DNA of 64,000 bases from Paraspadella gotoi. Taxonomy: Eukaryota; Animalia; Chaetognatha. The stretch is from contig CM119267.1 in the NCBI GenBank assembly GCA_051294375.1, positions 25,807,293 to 25,871,292 on the forward strand. The letters are read 5' to 3'. Of this stretch, positions 13,001 through 25,000 are shown one piece after another. The translations under genes were made by a program, and so were the position numbers. How positions within the stretch are numbered: the first letter of the stretch is position 1; each line of letters starts with the position of its first letter. The notes below the pieces were generated by a model. The model was not told the origin of the DNA, ran no database searches, and saw only the letters and a list, made by a program, of their open reading frames with translations.

Positions 13001-16000
13001 GTACATTTGGCGTACAGAGGGGTTTTCTTCCTGTGCCCCACCTAACTCAACTTTGTTTGTTTTTTTCGAGCCTTCACCTGGTCTTGTCATATGCTCATTT
13101 GTTGATGGGGAAGAACAACATGATAGAATTTATGGTTCCAAATGGAACCGGAATTCTTCATGGTTCTTCCCCACCAACAATCACCCACCGTCCACCCCTG
13201 GCACCACCAGTGGTGGAAGGCGGCTCAGGCTCGCTTCTTTTTGTTTGGTGAGATGTTTGTGGTCAGTTTTTTTGAGAGTCATTTTCAATGATTTCTCTTT
13301 TTTTCCATGTACGTTTTCTTCATGATTCTTGGACACGTGTTCGCCGTTCTTCGTCGGTCTTCGTTTTTACGCCAGCGTTCTCTGGCGGCCTCTTCGGCGG
13401 CGGATCGGCCTTCATGCTCCGAGAGAGTGCCTGGGTCACGCTTTCCTCGTCGACGACGCCTCCGCTTCTGGATCAGAGGAGGGTTCCTCCTCTGAAGAGT
13501 CAGTTGAGGGGTTTGACAACTTGTCTCGTCGTGCTTCTGTACAGCCTTTGGAGTGGATGATGCAGCAGTGGAGGGACTTGCGCAGAGTCGGCCCAGATGA
13601 CATTCTTTTCTCGTCGTAGGACGTGTTTTCCACCAACGCGCGCTTCAGGCGCTGGTCGGATGCTTCTTCGTCGGTGGAATTTCGTCCTCCTGCTCAAGAG
13701 AGTTGTCTTGCCACTCATTTCGACGCTGTTTGGAAGGATTCCAAGACGACGTGCTCTTTCAAGGCTTTAGAGCGCATCATGAGAGACGCCGGAGCGTCCG
13801 CTCATGCTGTCCTTTGTCCCTGACGCTCTCCGCCTCATGGTCGAGGCTCTTCGCTCGGAGGGGCCCGGTTCAGTGGACGCAGGCCACCTTGATCTTGCCA
13901 AGCCCATTGGAGACGCCTCGTCAGGTTTGGCGGCGATTTTTGGTTCGGCCCTCTCCGAGACTCGGCGCATGGTAGTCAACGCTGCCCCTTAGGATCTCAA
14001 GACAGTTCTGTCCAGTTCTCCACCCTCCACGGCGTTCCTTTTCAGAGACCACTCCACAGACATCTCACAGGCATTCCATTCTTCGCTTTTCCGCTCCGGG
14101 GTGCTGTACAATTGTGCCTGTTCTGCTAGCCGCAAGCGTGGGTGTGGCAGTCTGCGTGGTTCCGTTCGCCGTCCCTACAGGTCTCGCAAGTTTTTGCCGC
14201 CTCCCAAGCGTAGGGGTGGGGCTTCAGGGATACCAAAGGACGCCGACAGATCGCCCGATAGCTCTTTCGGCCGTCGCCTCGTCTGGCCATCAGTTTTCCA
14301 AACCCGGTTTTTGTCTATGGACTGGTTTTTGTGGCTTCTCATCCCCCTTCTATGACATCCGGTCAAGTGGGCGTGGCGCTTCACCGGAAGTCTTCGCAGG
14401 ATTCCCCCATATTGGTTTGCTGGTTACGAGTAGCTGCGCACTAAGGTAGCGGAGGGGAGGGGAAGAGGAGGAGATCCTCTTTCGTTTTTCTCTCGGGAGA
14501 TGTCGCGTTTGCAGAGCAGATGCTCATTTGTTGGTGGGGAAGAACCATGAAGAATCCCAGTTCCATAATTTTTTTTTTTTTCATTAATTTTCTTTAATAG
14601 TATCGTCTGGCGAGATTACTACACCTTTAAGATTTTTTTATTTACATTGATTTTATTAGCTTAAAAAGTAACTAATTGCTATAAATCCTCGTCCAGAGAA
14701 AACTTGGCCGCGGAAAAAGACGCCGACGTCGATATGGAGGACGTGTCGGCCGGCGCGACGACGACGACTACTTCGATTTCAGTTAAAGCGAAACCGAGGA
14801 AACGAAACGTCGATGACAAAACTACCAACGGAGAAGAAGAAATTGAAGTGAAGAAGAGAAAACTGGATTTCGGCGACACGGGTAAGTTCTTTCATGCTTT
14901 TCTTTTTACTTTTTTCTTTTTCTATTTAAAAAGAGCTTGATCACTTATATTGCATGCAGTTGATTCTTTCTCCAACGCTAAGATGAGAAACGCGATTTAG
15001 TTTTTTACTTTTCATTTATTTATAGTTTTAGTTATACTGTGGACGCAAAAAGTTTCAGAGTAAGAATGAATTTATTCTTCAATAAGGTTAATAACAATAA
15101 CAGTCAAAAACTCATATGCTAAGTCTATAACAATAGGTATTTACAAGGTCAAAGTTTGACCACAAAAAGAATAAGGGAAAACGATTGAGGGTAAGGATGG
15201 TAAGTTCGGTTTTGACCGAGATTGCGTGTTGTACTTGTTCGTCCACAATACTTGTTTTTTAAAGAATCAATTTTAAAAGATACAAAAATGAAAGTTGTGA
15301 AAGTTTGCAAAGTCCCATCGGTTTTTAGCAATCGTAAAGCAAACAAATTTCGTTGACGTCGATAGGACTGGGTCCATTCCGCTGCCCCACTCTGACCCCA
15401 TCCTTTTTGGCAGTGATTGTTTTCTTGGGGCCGAGAATACCCCAGGCACCGAACACTCTCTCCGTAGTGCATGAGAGAAGCGTATGGCTGACCCTGATGA
15501 GTGACCGTCCAACGATCTTTATTAGAAAAGTTGTGGGCGTGACCTTTTTTAATGTCCCAATGGATCGTCACGTAGTCGTCACGGTCGTATCTGTAGTCAG
15601 GCATAGCAAAGTTCACCCCGCCTCTAAGCATGACACCTTCAGTCGTGACCCGGTGGCTCATTGAGTTAAGCCATCAGCTCATGACCACTAGGTACCGGGT
15701 TCAATCCCAACCCGGTACCTACCCTGCAGGAAGTGTGGGGACGGCTGTAAGTCGCCTTGGGGGCGTGAAAAACCCTCAAGCCTGATTCCAAGCCCAGGAC
15801 CCGTTCCATGGCTGCTAAAGGTGGTTATAGAAGTTACGGATAGTCATCTTCAGCCCACTTAGCACTTTATCCACACTGGTGTTATTTTACTCGCTGAATA
15901 AAAATACTTAAAATACTAACAAAATACATAAAATTGATAAAAGTATTATTGGAATAACATTGTTCTATAACATGCAATATATCTAGTGCCTTTTTTTTCA

Positions 16001-19000
16001 TTGAAATCGATAGATATTAACTAAAAATATTAGAATTAATTTTTCTTTTTGATATAAGAGAACCGAACTTCCGTCGTTTGATGTCGTCAGGTTACTAGTA
16101 AATATGCATTTGAGGATTCCAAATATGATTTTAAAATTGACATACGTAGACGCGCATAGACGCGATATGCCTTAAAAGCAAGTTGTTTGGTTTGTTTCCA
16201 CTTAAATTTTTAGCTTCGGCCAAGTCAATTGGTAATAAAAAATTGATTTTCTTTGATATCTTTTGAACCAAAAATGATAGAAGGATGAGACTGGTATCAT
16301 ATTAAAGCCATAATTATGGGGCATCTTTTCCATATAATTTTTTAAAAATGTTTCAAAAAATTTTTTTAAAATCTTGATCGGAATCTTAGTCAAAAGTATA
16401 ACAACTTTTGAAATTAAATTAAACACACTTGGCCACATTTAAAAAAATAAATAAATAAGGATAATGATTATCATTTTGTTGAAAACAAAAAAATTTAAAA
16501 AATTCATGTAGGAACCTTAAAACATATGATTTAATTATGATAATTTAGGAGTTCAAACTTTGTTCCCTCTGTTTTAAAAACTACTGACATAGGGCTAAAA
16601 GACTGTATTATCCGATTTTTAAATTTTAAGATTTAGCTGTGTCTACGAGGCCTGGCAGAAAAAAATTATCACTTTTTTTTGTTTGTCATAATGCTATTAT
16701 AAAATAATTTTGATGCATCATGTGAGGTATCATATGAAAGCTAACGATGTCTGCTACATGACAGCACGTGAAAAAAAATTTTCTTAATAAAAATAAAAAA
16801 TCACCAGACTACCCTACTGGTGAGCCCATCCTGTCGAGCGTATTCCAACATGATTCCAGGCCCATGGACGAGCTAAAGATTGCTCCCCTCCCTACACTGG
16901 AAGCAGTGCAGGGTGGGTTACAATCTGGGGGGCATGTAGTTGGGCATTGCAAAGTTCACCCCGCCTCTAAGCATGACACCTTCAGTCGTGACCCGGTGGC
17001 TCATTGAGTAAAGCCATCAGCTCATGACCACTAGGTACTGGGTTCCATCCCAACCCGGTACCTACCCTGCAGGAAGTGTGAGGACGGCTATAAGCCGCCT
17101 TGGGGGCGTGGAAAACCCTCAAGCCTGGTTCCAAGCCCAGGACCCTTTCCATGGCTGCTAGAGGGGCTTATAGAAGTTACGGATAGTCATCTTCAGCCCA
17201 CTAAGCGCCTTATCCACATATCTATTTGGGGAATAGTATATCGACGGAGTTGGCAGGCTTGTGCTGCAGACAAATTTGTACGGGCATCAGAGAACTCGTT
17301 GAACAATTTTAGACAAACATTTTAAGGACTGTTCTTCAATATAAATAGTATTAGATCAACCAAAAATCAATAACCACACTGGATCTTCTTCTTCTTCTTC
17401 TTCTATTTGGTTTTTCTTTGTCTGCTCTATATTTTGGAACTATAAAAACAAAAAAAAATTGACCGGAATAAAACTCACAAGAGCGATCAAATGATAGAGT
17501 ACAATCGCCTTTTCGGTGGTGTTTGTAGGAACTTTTAAGATAAAATCGATTTGATAATTTTAGTACAAATTTTTAAATAGTATTATAATTCCAATTATTA
17601 TTAATATTTATTTTATCATTATTATTGATATTATTGATAATAACATTATTATTATATTGATAAAATTTAATTAAACTTACTTATTAATCTATTTATTGGT
17701 AAATTTTTTGTTATTTGGTTTAACCTTAACTCTCTCATATTAAACATGGCAAGTAAGTTTACTTTTCTAAACCTTGAAGTTTTATTAAATAAACCTTTAT
17801 AATATTTACTTATTTAGTAATAAAGGTTAATAAGGAATAAATATAAAACATAACAAAGACATTTTTGTTTTTTATTTATAAAATAATTTTTAGTCGGATC
17901 TGCTAATCAGCAGATTTCAGACACAGTAATGTCCAGTAGTATATATCGCACATATTACCAAAAGTAACAATCAATTAATTTGGCTCAGAAACAATTTTAA
18001 AGGGACAAAATCAGCACGTGACCGTTTCGCCACGTTATTTTTCATTGTGTCATAAACGGTTTTTTTATTTAAAATTTATACCTCTTCAAATTAAGGCATA
18101 TTATTTTAGATATAACAGGATCATTAGTAAAAGTTCAGTTTTCCCTTTTTATTAATTCGTGAAACTTTTAAAGTTTTTAGTTCACTCACATTTTCAGTCT
18201 TTGTTGCTCATAAAGGCTCCCATTTGAAGCCACAATATGTCAAAACACGTTTCGAAACAAAAATTTGCAATTATATGTTTACTAACAAAAAACGAGTAAC
18301 ATTTGTTATTCTTATTCGACTTTTTGATGGGCTTGAGTATGCCTTTCAGCCGCGGCATTAGTCCAAAATGCTCTGACGCACTTTTCAAATGGGCACACCT
18401 TTTTATTTAATTGACCATGGAAAGCCATATAATGGTCAGTCATAGATTTGTTTGTTCCGCAGTTTAAATTGCACAAAGGGCAAACTATCTTTCCCCCAAA
18501 TGCGTCCAAGTGCATGAGCAGGTGAAATCTGTATGCATCTTTTTCATCAGAAAAGGTTAGACAGCACATGCAACATGTTTTAAGTGCAGCTTTTGTCTTT
18601 ACTTGAACCACTGCTGAAGTCGATGGTATTGTTGATTTCACAACTTTTTCGGATTCTTGGGAACGCTGCGGGCTTTGAATAGCAAAGCTCATCAAGTTTT
18701 TGAAAACCTCCTGCTGACTATTCCATGAAGTTGATATAGAATACGGTGTATTGCTACTCTTCAAATTTTGCGTAATGGAATCAATATTACTGATTATTTT
18801 CTCTAAATGGTTAATGCCAGGAACCTGTATTGTCTTTTCCTTATTACAAAGTGAACCAGAAATCGAAACCTGTGATTGGGAGGTCTTTTCGAAAGGATCT
18901 ATAATTTTAATTTCGTGATTTTTTATTGTGTTTTCATCCTTGACTTTGGCGCTTAACTGGTTATAATTTTCATCGTCATTTCTTAAACTTATTTCGTAAT

Positions 19001-22000
19001 TTTTGTTGGAAGCGCTATTGCTTTTAATGTCGATGTCATTCTCATCTCCAATCGTTATCATTTTCTGCTCCATTTTTGATGTGAACGCTGTTTTGGAATA
19101 AAACGTTGGTAATCTTTCAGTCTGTTTTGTCGCTTGGCCTTCCTGATGGAGGAACGAGATTGCAAATGTCGCCTTACCGCCATGATGATGTTTTCGGTGG
19201 CTATAAGATTCACAGCGATGCTTAAGCACTTTTCCACAGACATTGCATTTGAAACGACGGCCTTTATGAATGTCGTTTTCGTGGTCTAATCGGTGTCTGA
19301 CTTTGTTAAACTTACGGTTGCAAAAGGTACAGAACTTACTTATTGATTTTTCATCTGTCATGGAGTTTACGTCTTTGAAGATTTCATCCGCAGTACGGGA
19401 ATCTGATTTTACTGTATCAAAAGCGTAACGATCTACAGCATCTGCATCGTTGCGCATATTTGCAATTGCTGTCTCATCCATTTTAACATCAGCTGCGCCC
19501 TCTATTTTATCATCCAAACAGTCAGTCGGTTCGGCTCCATCCTGAATTGTATCCTTAATATTTGTCGGTGATTTCTTTGCGCTGTATTTCTTTTGTTTCT
19601 TCTTTTTGCCAAAAATTCTTTTCCTTATCTCAGGTAGGAGCTCGGTCAAAGGATGACTTTTATTGATCATCATCGCGAAGGCGAAGGAGTCGGCATGTTT
19701 TTTTCTATGCAAATAGATCCCGGTGGTATGGCACAAGTACACTTTGCATGGAAGGCAGAAGAAGTGTGACCCGTGATCGTTGCTCGCGTGATCCAGCTTG
19801 CTCCTGTATAAAAAATTCAAAAATAATATCAATCTTTTTCAGGTTTTTTGTTAAAATTTTTTCATGAAATTCTTATTTATTTACTTATATATATTTTCTT
19901 ATTTATTTCTTATTCTTATTTATTTCTTATTCTTATTTATTTTTAATCATCTCGTCATTCGTTTTTGTTTTTATAATTACAGTTAATATAATAAAAATAA
20001 GATATATTATCGTAACTGATTCAAACATTTGGGGGATGACAGAGAATTCGTAATTACCTGAGGCTTTCGAAATCTTTAGAGCAGATTTCACAAAAGAATT
20101 CGTGACATCCATCGATTTCTTTTTGAGGATCGGTTTCCATTTTGATGAAGATCGTTTCTTTCTCATGTAACTCTTTGTGCAACTTGAAGTATCGGTAATC
20201 GAGAAAGTTTATATTACATGCGTTGCACCTAAACGTTTAGTATTAGCATAATGATGAGTTCCACTGAGGAACAATATAATATAATATTATATATATATAT
20301 ATATATGAAACCTTGTTTTTTTATACGTACCTTATATTTTTAGAATGGTGGGAGTTTTGATTGTGCGATTTTAACCTGTAATAATCCTGAAATCGTTTCG
20401 GACAATTTCTGCATTGATGCACCCGTTTTTCTGGGCAAAATTTTCGTGGCTTTTTAGGGAGATGATTGTGTGAGGTTTGAACGTGAATTCGATCCCCTTC
20501 TGCTGACTTCTCAAGAAAAGCCACTGAAGGACATTTAAGTTTTTTTTTGCTACATTCCCATACTTGGTGACCAGAATTTTCCTAAAAATATGACTTTTAG
20601 TTAATTTTTTTATTTGACGCGAGCGAATAAGTCTGAATTAAAGATATTAATAATAAGAAAGCTACGTCGGTTAGACAGCCAATTGTAACCAGTAACTTCA
20701 CTAAAGAACATTTTTAAATTTTACTTTCTGGCACACCTGAACAGTTAGTTCTTTAATTCATGATGAATACCTTCTTTTCGTTCCGCTTGTATTGATGTTT
20801 TTCAAACAATAAAATTGTTTCACCAGTGATGGATTTAAAAAATTCGTACGAACTCATTTTGATTTCTCTATTAGCAGCGTCTGTGTTCTTAAAGGGTTTA
20901 TCTCGCAGATTTGTGCATCTAATCGCGATGTGAGATTTAATAAATTTATTCTCTAGAATTTAGTAAGACTAAGAGAAAGAAATGTCGATATGCAGTTAAA
21001 ACGCGGATTCAAGCCAAGTGTGAGAGAGAGAGAGAGAATAAACTACCTTAAAATTTGATCCTTATCACGATTGTTCCGACTTTTTTTTGTGTGTTGTCGT
21101 TTTCGTCGTCGTCTTCATCGTCGTCGTCTTACTCTATCGAAAGATAAATGAGTGTTGCTTGTTGACAAAGCAGAAAGTCACGAAAAAAAAAAAAAGAATG
21201 TTAGTGTTAGACTTACAGTATAAAGACATTATATTTTTTTTTCTTTGTTTTAGCTGAATTCGTCATGTTAGGTTATTAACCGAAGAGAGTAAGATTAAAA
21301 TAATTACAACAGATTGGAAAATTTTCGCTCTTTGGTTAAGTATGAAATTGTCGAACTCGATTACTATTACTTATTACTTATTGACTGGTCTAATTGACAG
21401 AGAGTTTGCCCACTCTGTCGGGAGTCCCTCCGTCTTCTGCCCCGTTATGCCACTTGTTGAGGTAGTAGGAACCTGACGTCAGTCCACAGCATCCTCCACT
21501 TCGCAAGACGGCAAGTCCGAAAGGGCCTATGGCCCAGTTCATAGCGCCCGCAAGCCCAGCCTTGTGCATAAGGCTGGTGGCTTCGTCAGGCACTGAACCC
21601 TAAAGTCTATCGGAAAATGTTGACGTAGTTGACGTGACTAATCCTGCTGACTACCGTCGTCAAAAGGCCGTTTGTGGACGGGTAGGAAGCCTATGGTCTA
21701 TATCGTGGCCTACTAGCATTTGAACTGGAAGAGAAAGTGGAGGGAAAGCTCTGAAGTAGACAAAATGCGAAAAAAAAATTATAGAAGCAAGTTTGAGCAA
21801 ACAATGTCGGATCTGCCCACGATCATTATCGGTAATTAATTAATTAATAAATAATAATTAATTAATTCAAGTTAATTTTTTAATTAATTAATAATTAATT
21901 TATTCAAGTTAATTATTTAATTAATTAGGCAATTTAATCCGAAATGTTTGTTTTGATTGATTGACTGATTAAGTAATTATTGATTAATTAATTGACTAAT

Positions 22001-25000
22001 TGATTAGTTAACTGATTAATTGTTTGATTAATTAATACATCTTGCATTTACATTTAAAATAAAAAGAAAAAGAAGCATAATCAATTAGTTAAACAGGTTC
22101 TTTGTTTTTTCCGACGGACCGACGAACCGACAAAGTGAATTATCTGCTGTACGCAGATCCGACTATAAAAAGCAAAAGAGCAACGACAATATCTCTACAC
22201 TAATGAAAAAAAATTAACACAACACGAATTCCCACTGAATCATCATTCAAATTCCATCCTCGGCCATCGAACAACATTTTACTTTACCTCTCTTCTCACT
22301 CTAGGGTCATTTCCCGCTCCCACTAACAAATATGATTTGGCGACGCACACAGTGACCGTTCGTCGAACTGGTACCATAGGCGATGTGATGGCATTATGGG
22401 ACATGAAGGTGATTCGCGGCGCACTTTATATATGTATTAAGAATGCCTCGTCTCGCATATTTGCTCAACGTCTCTTCCAACGTTTCACCCAGGAATCCTG
22501 CGTAACTCCATCAGACGCGGAACTATTCAACCGGATGCATCGATTCAAGTCCATCGACTCTTTTAACCAGAGATCCCCACCCAACGAGATGCTTCAGGGC
22601 CTCCGCTTCTTTGAGCGCCCTGTCAAGAGCATCAACGCCGGTAGCTGGGACGTGGAGAAAATTCTGGCAAAAAATTTTGCAAGACTTTTAGACCAATAAA
22701 TTTCATTAAATTCGATGAAAGGAAGCTGACCCAAATTTCTAATACAACTTAATTCTTCCAAATGCAGGGGCCTCGTCGGCAGCGCTTCAGTCCAAAGAGG
22801 CTTTTTCCTGGGGTCCCGTCGACAACAAGGCCTTCGCCAACTGCCTTCTCGTTCTCTGTGAAATGCTGCGTCCAATCCTCGCCGCCGAAGATAGACTGCT
22901 TACTCTCAGGTGAAAAAAAAATTAAAGGAAAAGAGAGACCTATTATGGGGAAATACTCGCCCTTTCCTTCTTTAAAAAATTAAAGGAAAAGGGAGACCTA
23001 TTATGGGGAAATACTTGCCCTTTACTTCTCTAAAAAATTAAAGGAAAAGGGAGACCTAATATGGGGAAATACTCGCCCTTTTCTTCTTTAAAAAATTTAA
23101 GGAAAAGGGAGACCTATTATGGGGAATTACTCGCCCTTTTCCTTCTCTAAAAAATTAAAGGAAAAGAGAGACCTATTATGGGGAATTACTCGCCCTTTTC
23201 CTTCTCTAAGGTCCCCCACTTACATCCTGGGTGATCTTCACGGCAATTTCCGCGACTTGATTTCCTTTGAAAAGGCGTTGTGGCGTCTGGGCCCGATTTT
23301 GACTCCTGCCTCTTTTCTTTTCCTCGGCGACTACGTGGATCGCGGAGAGATGGGGGTCGAGGTCAGCCTCTTTATTCTCTTGGTTAACTATTAATTTCAG
23401 TTTAAAGAGAGATAATTATAAGTTTGAGAAGTTGATTTCGCGTTTTTGTATTTTTTTATTAAAATTGAAGAACTAATCTTAATTATACTTTTATTTAGAG
23501 CACCACGTATATTTAGAAATTTTTATATTTAATCAAAATTTTTCTATTAATCAAATCACAACGAAAAGAAAGGATTTAACACAATATATTGAAACCAAAA
23601 ACGTTTCCAAATTGAATTATCTGAAAAACTAATTTCTCCCCCATTAAACCCTCCGACCACTCTACAGGTAGTCGCCTACCTCTTCGCCCAAAAGATCCTG
23701 GCGCCGCAAAAGTTTTTCCTGCTCCGCGGGAACCACGAGCTCCGCGCCGTGCAAGAGATGTTCTCCTTCGAGTCTGAGTGCCTCTCCAAGTTCGGCGAGA
23801 CGCTGGGCCGCCAGTTGTGGCATGAGGTTAACTCTTGCTTCGATGCGATGCCCGTCGCCGCCATCGTCGACGACAAAATTTTCTGCGTCCACGGCGGAAT
23901 TCCTCCGCCTTGGGAACTCAAAGGAAGGTCTGTGTTTTCTCATAATTTTTGTGAAATACTCGATAATCTTCATTTAGTCATTTCTTTCTCGTTTTGTTTG
24001 CCTAAAAAAAAAACCTCTGATTTAAGAATTGTGTTTTCTTTTGAGAACTCTGCGTTCGGCCATCAACGACATTCCATGTCCTTTGAAGGACCCGGAAGTC
24101 GAGAGTCCCATCGCGTGGGAAATCTTGTGGAGCGATCCCCTACCCACTGAAGCCGGTAATTTAAAATAGAAATTTTGTCTTATATGTATTTCTAAATAGT
24201 TCGGTCAATTTGACGCGATTCATTTTAGTTAGTTGATTTTTAGTAATGTTAATGGGAATAAGGGGTGAACTTAGGTAATATTTTACCTAATTAACTGAGC
24301 AAAGTGTTACTGAATTTGCCTAGGTAAAGAAATGATTTTTCTTAATTATTATTATTATATTTATTTTTAAAGATAAATAAAACAATATATTTTCTTTTAT
24401 TGTTTTAATTTCGTTATCAACTATATTTTCAATTTGTTATTACTATATTTTAATAGACTCCAACCCCTGTCATCAAACACCAAATACCAAACACCAAACA
24501 TATTTTTAGCTTTTAATTTTGTTAAAAAATTTTTTTTATCTTTCATTAAAAATATTTGGGCTAAAACTAATTGAATTTCGATGTTGAGCAAATTAAAGTT
24601 TTATATTTGATAAAGTTTTTATTTAAAAATTAATACCAAAAAATATCCTATTTTGTTATTTTTTTAATTTTATATGAAAATTTGCAAAATTATTTGTTTT
24701 ACTATCTTATATTTTTATATTTTATGAATGTTTTATGGTGGACTAAAATCCACCAACCGTTCATCAGCGGCCATTGGTGTTGAGGCAAGTCATTTGCCTC
24801 CCAACCCAAAGGTCCGGGGTTCTAGCCCGTTGGCCGCCTAACAGTTAAGAGGGACGGGGCGCTTAACCCTCCTATAACACGGTGTTACAGCCTGATCCGA
24901 AGCTCAGGGACTACTTATATTGAACGGTTCTGTCACTAACAAATAACAATTATCACTGTCTCTTCATTGGTGAGCCCGACATCCAAACACAACAGCAACA

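Larger units (their letters stand above)
10441..14565 (+). mobile_element. Degenerate DIRS1-like tyrosine-recombinase retrotransposon (inverted terminal repeats, ICR, gag-like remnant) with nested insertions
   Basis: About 10441-10585 is inverted at about 14434-14565; 13092-13128 is complementary to the left terminus and 13143-13180 to the right terminus (the DIRS1 ICR arrangement); stop-interrupted GC-rich coding-like sequence at 13330-14270. Confidence 0.7.
15592..17218 (+). mobile_element. TRIM family B (LTRs 15592-15875 and 16935-17218) with a nested insertion at about 15882-16815
   Basis: TGT..ACA LTRs; TSD tatc (15588-15591 and 17219-17222); PBS tggtgagccc at 16818; G-rich tract before the 3' LTR; the insert is flanked by duplicated actggtg. 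Confidence 0.85.

Noticed and set aside
15149-15661. 170-aa ORF as an intact gene
   Set aside because: It is a chimera of LTR sequence and a frameshifted astacin exon.
15646-15719. Functional tRNA genes (also at 24769, 25190, 16990)
   Set aside because: Stems are broken and the segments lie inside LTR copies; treated as tRNA-derived modules.
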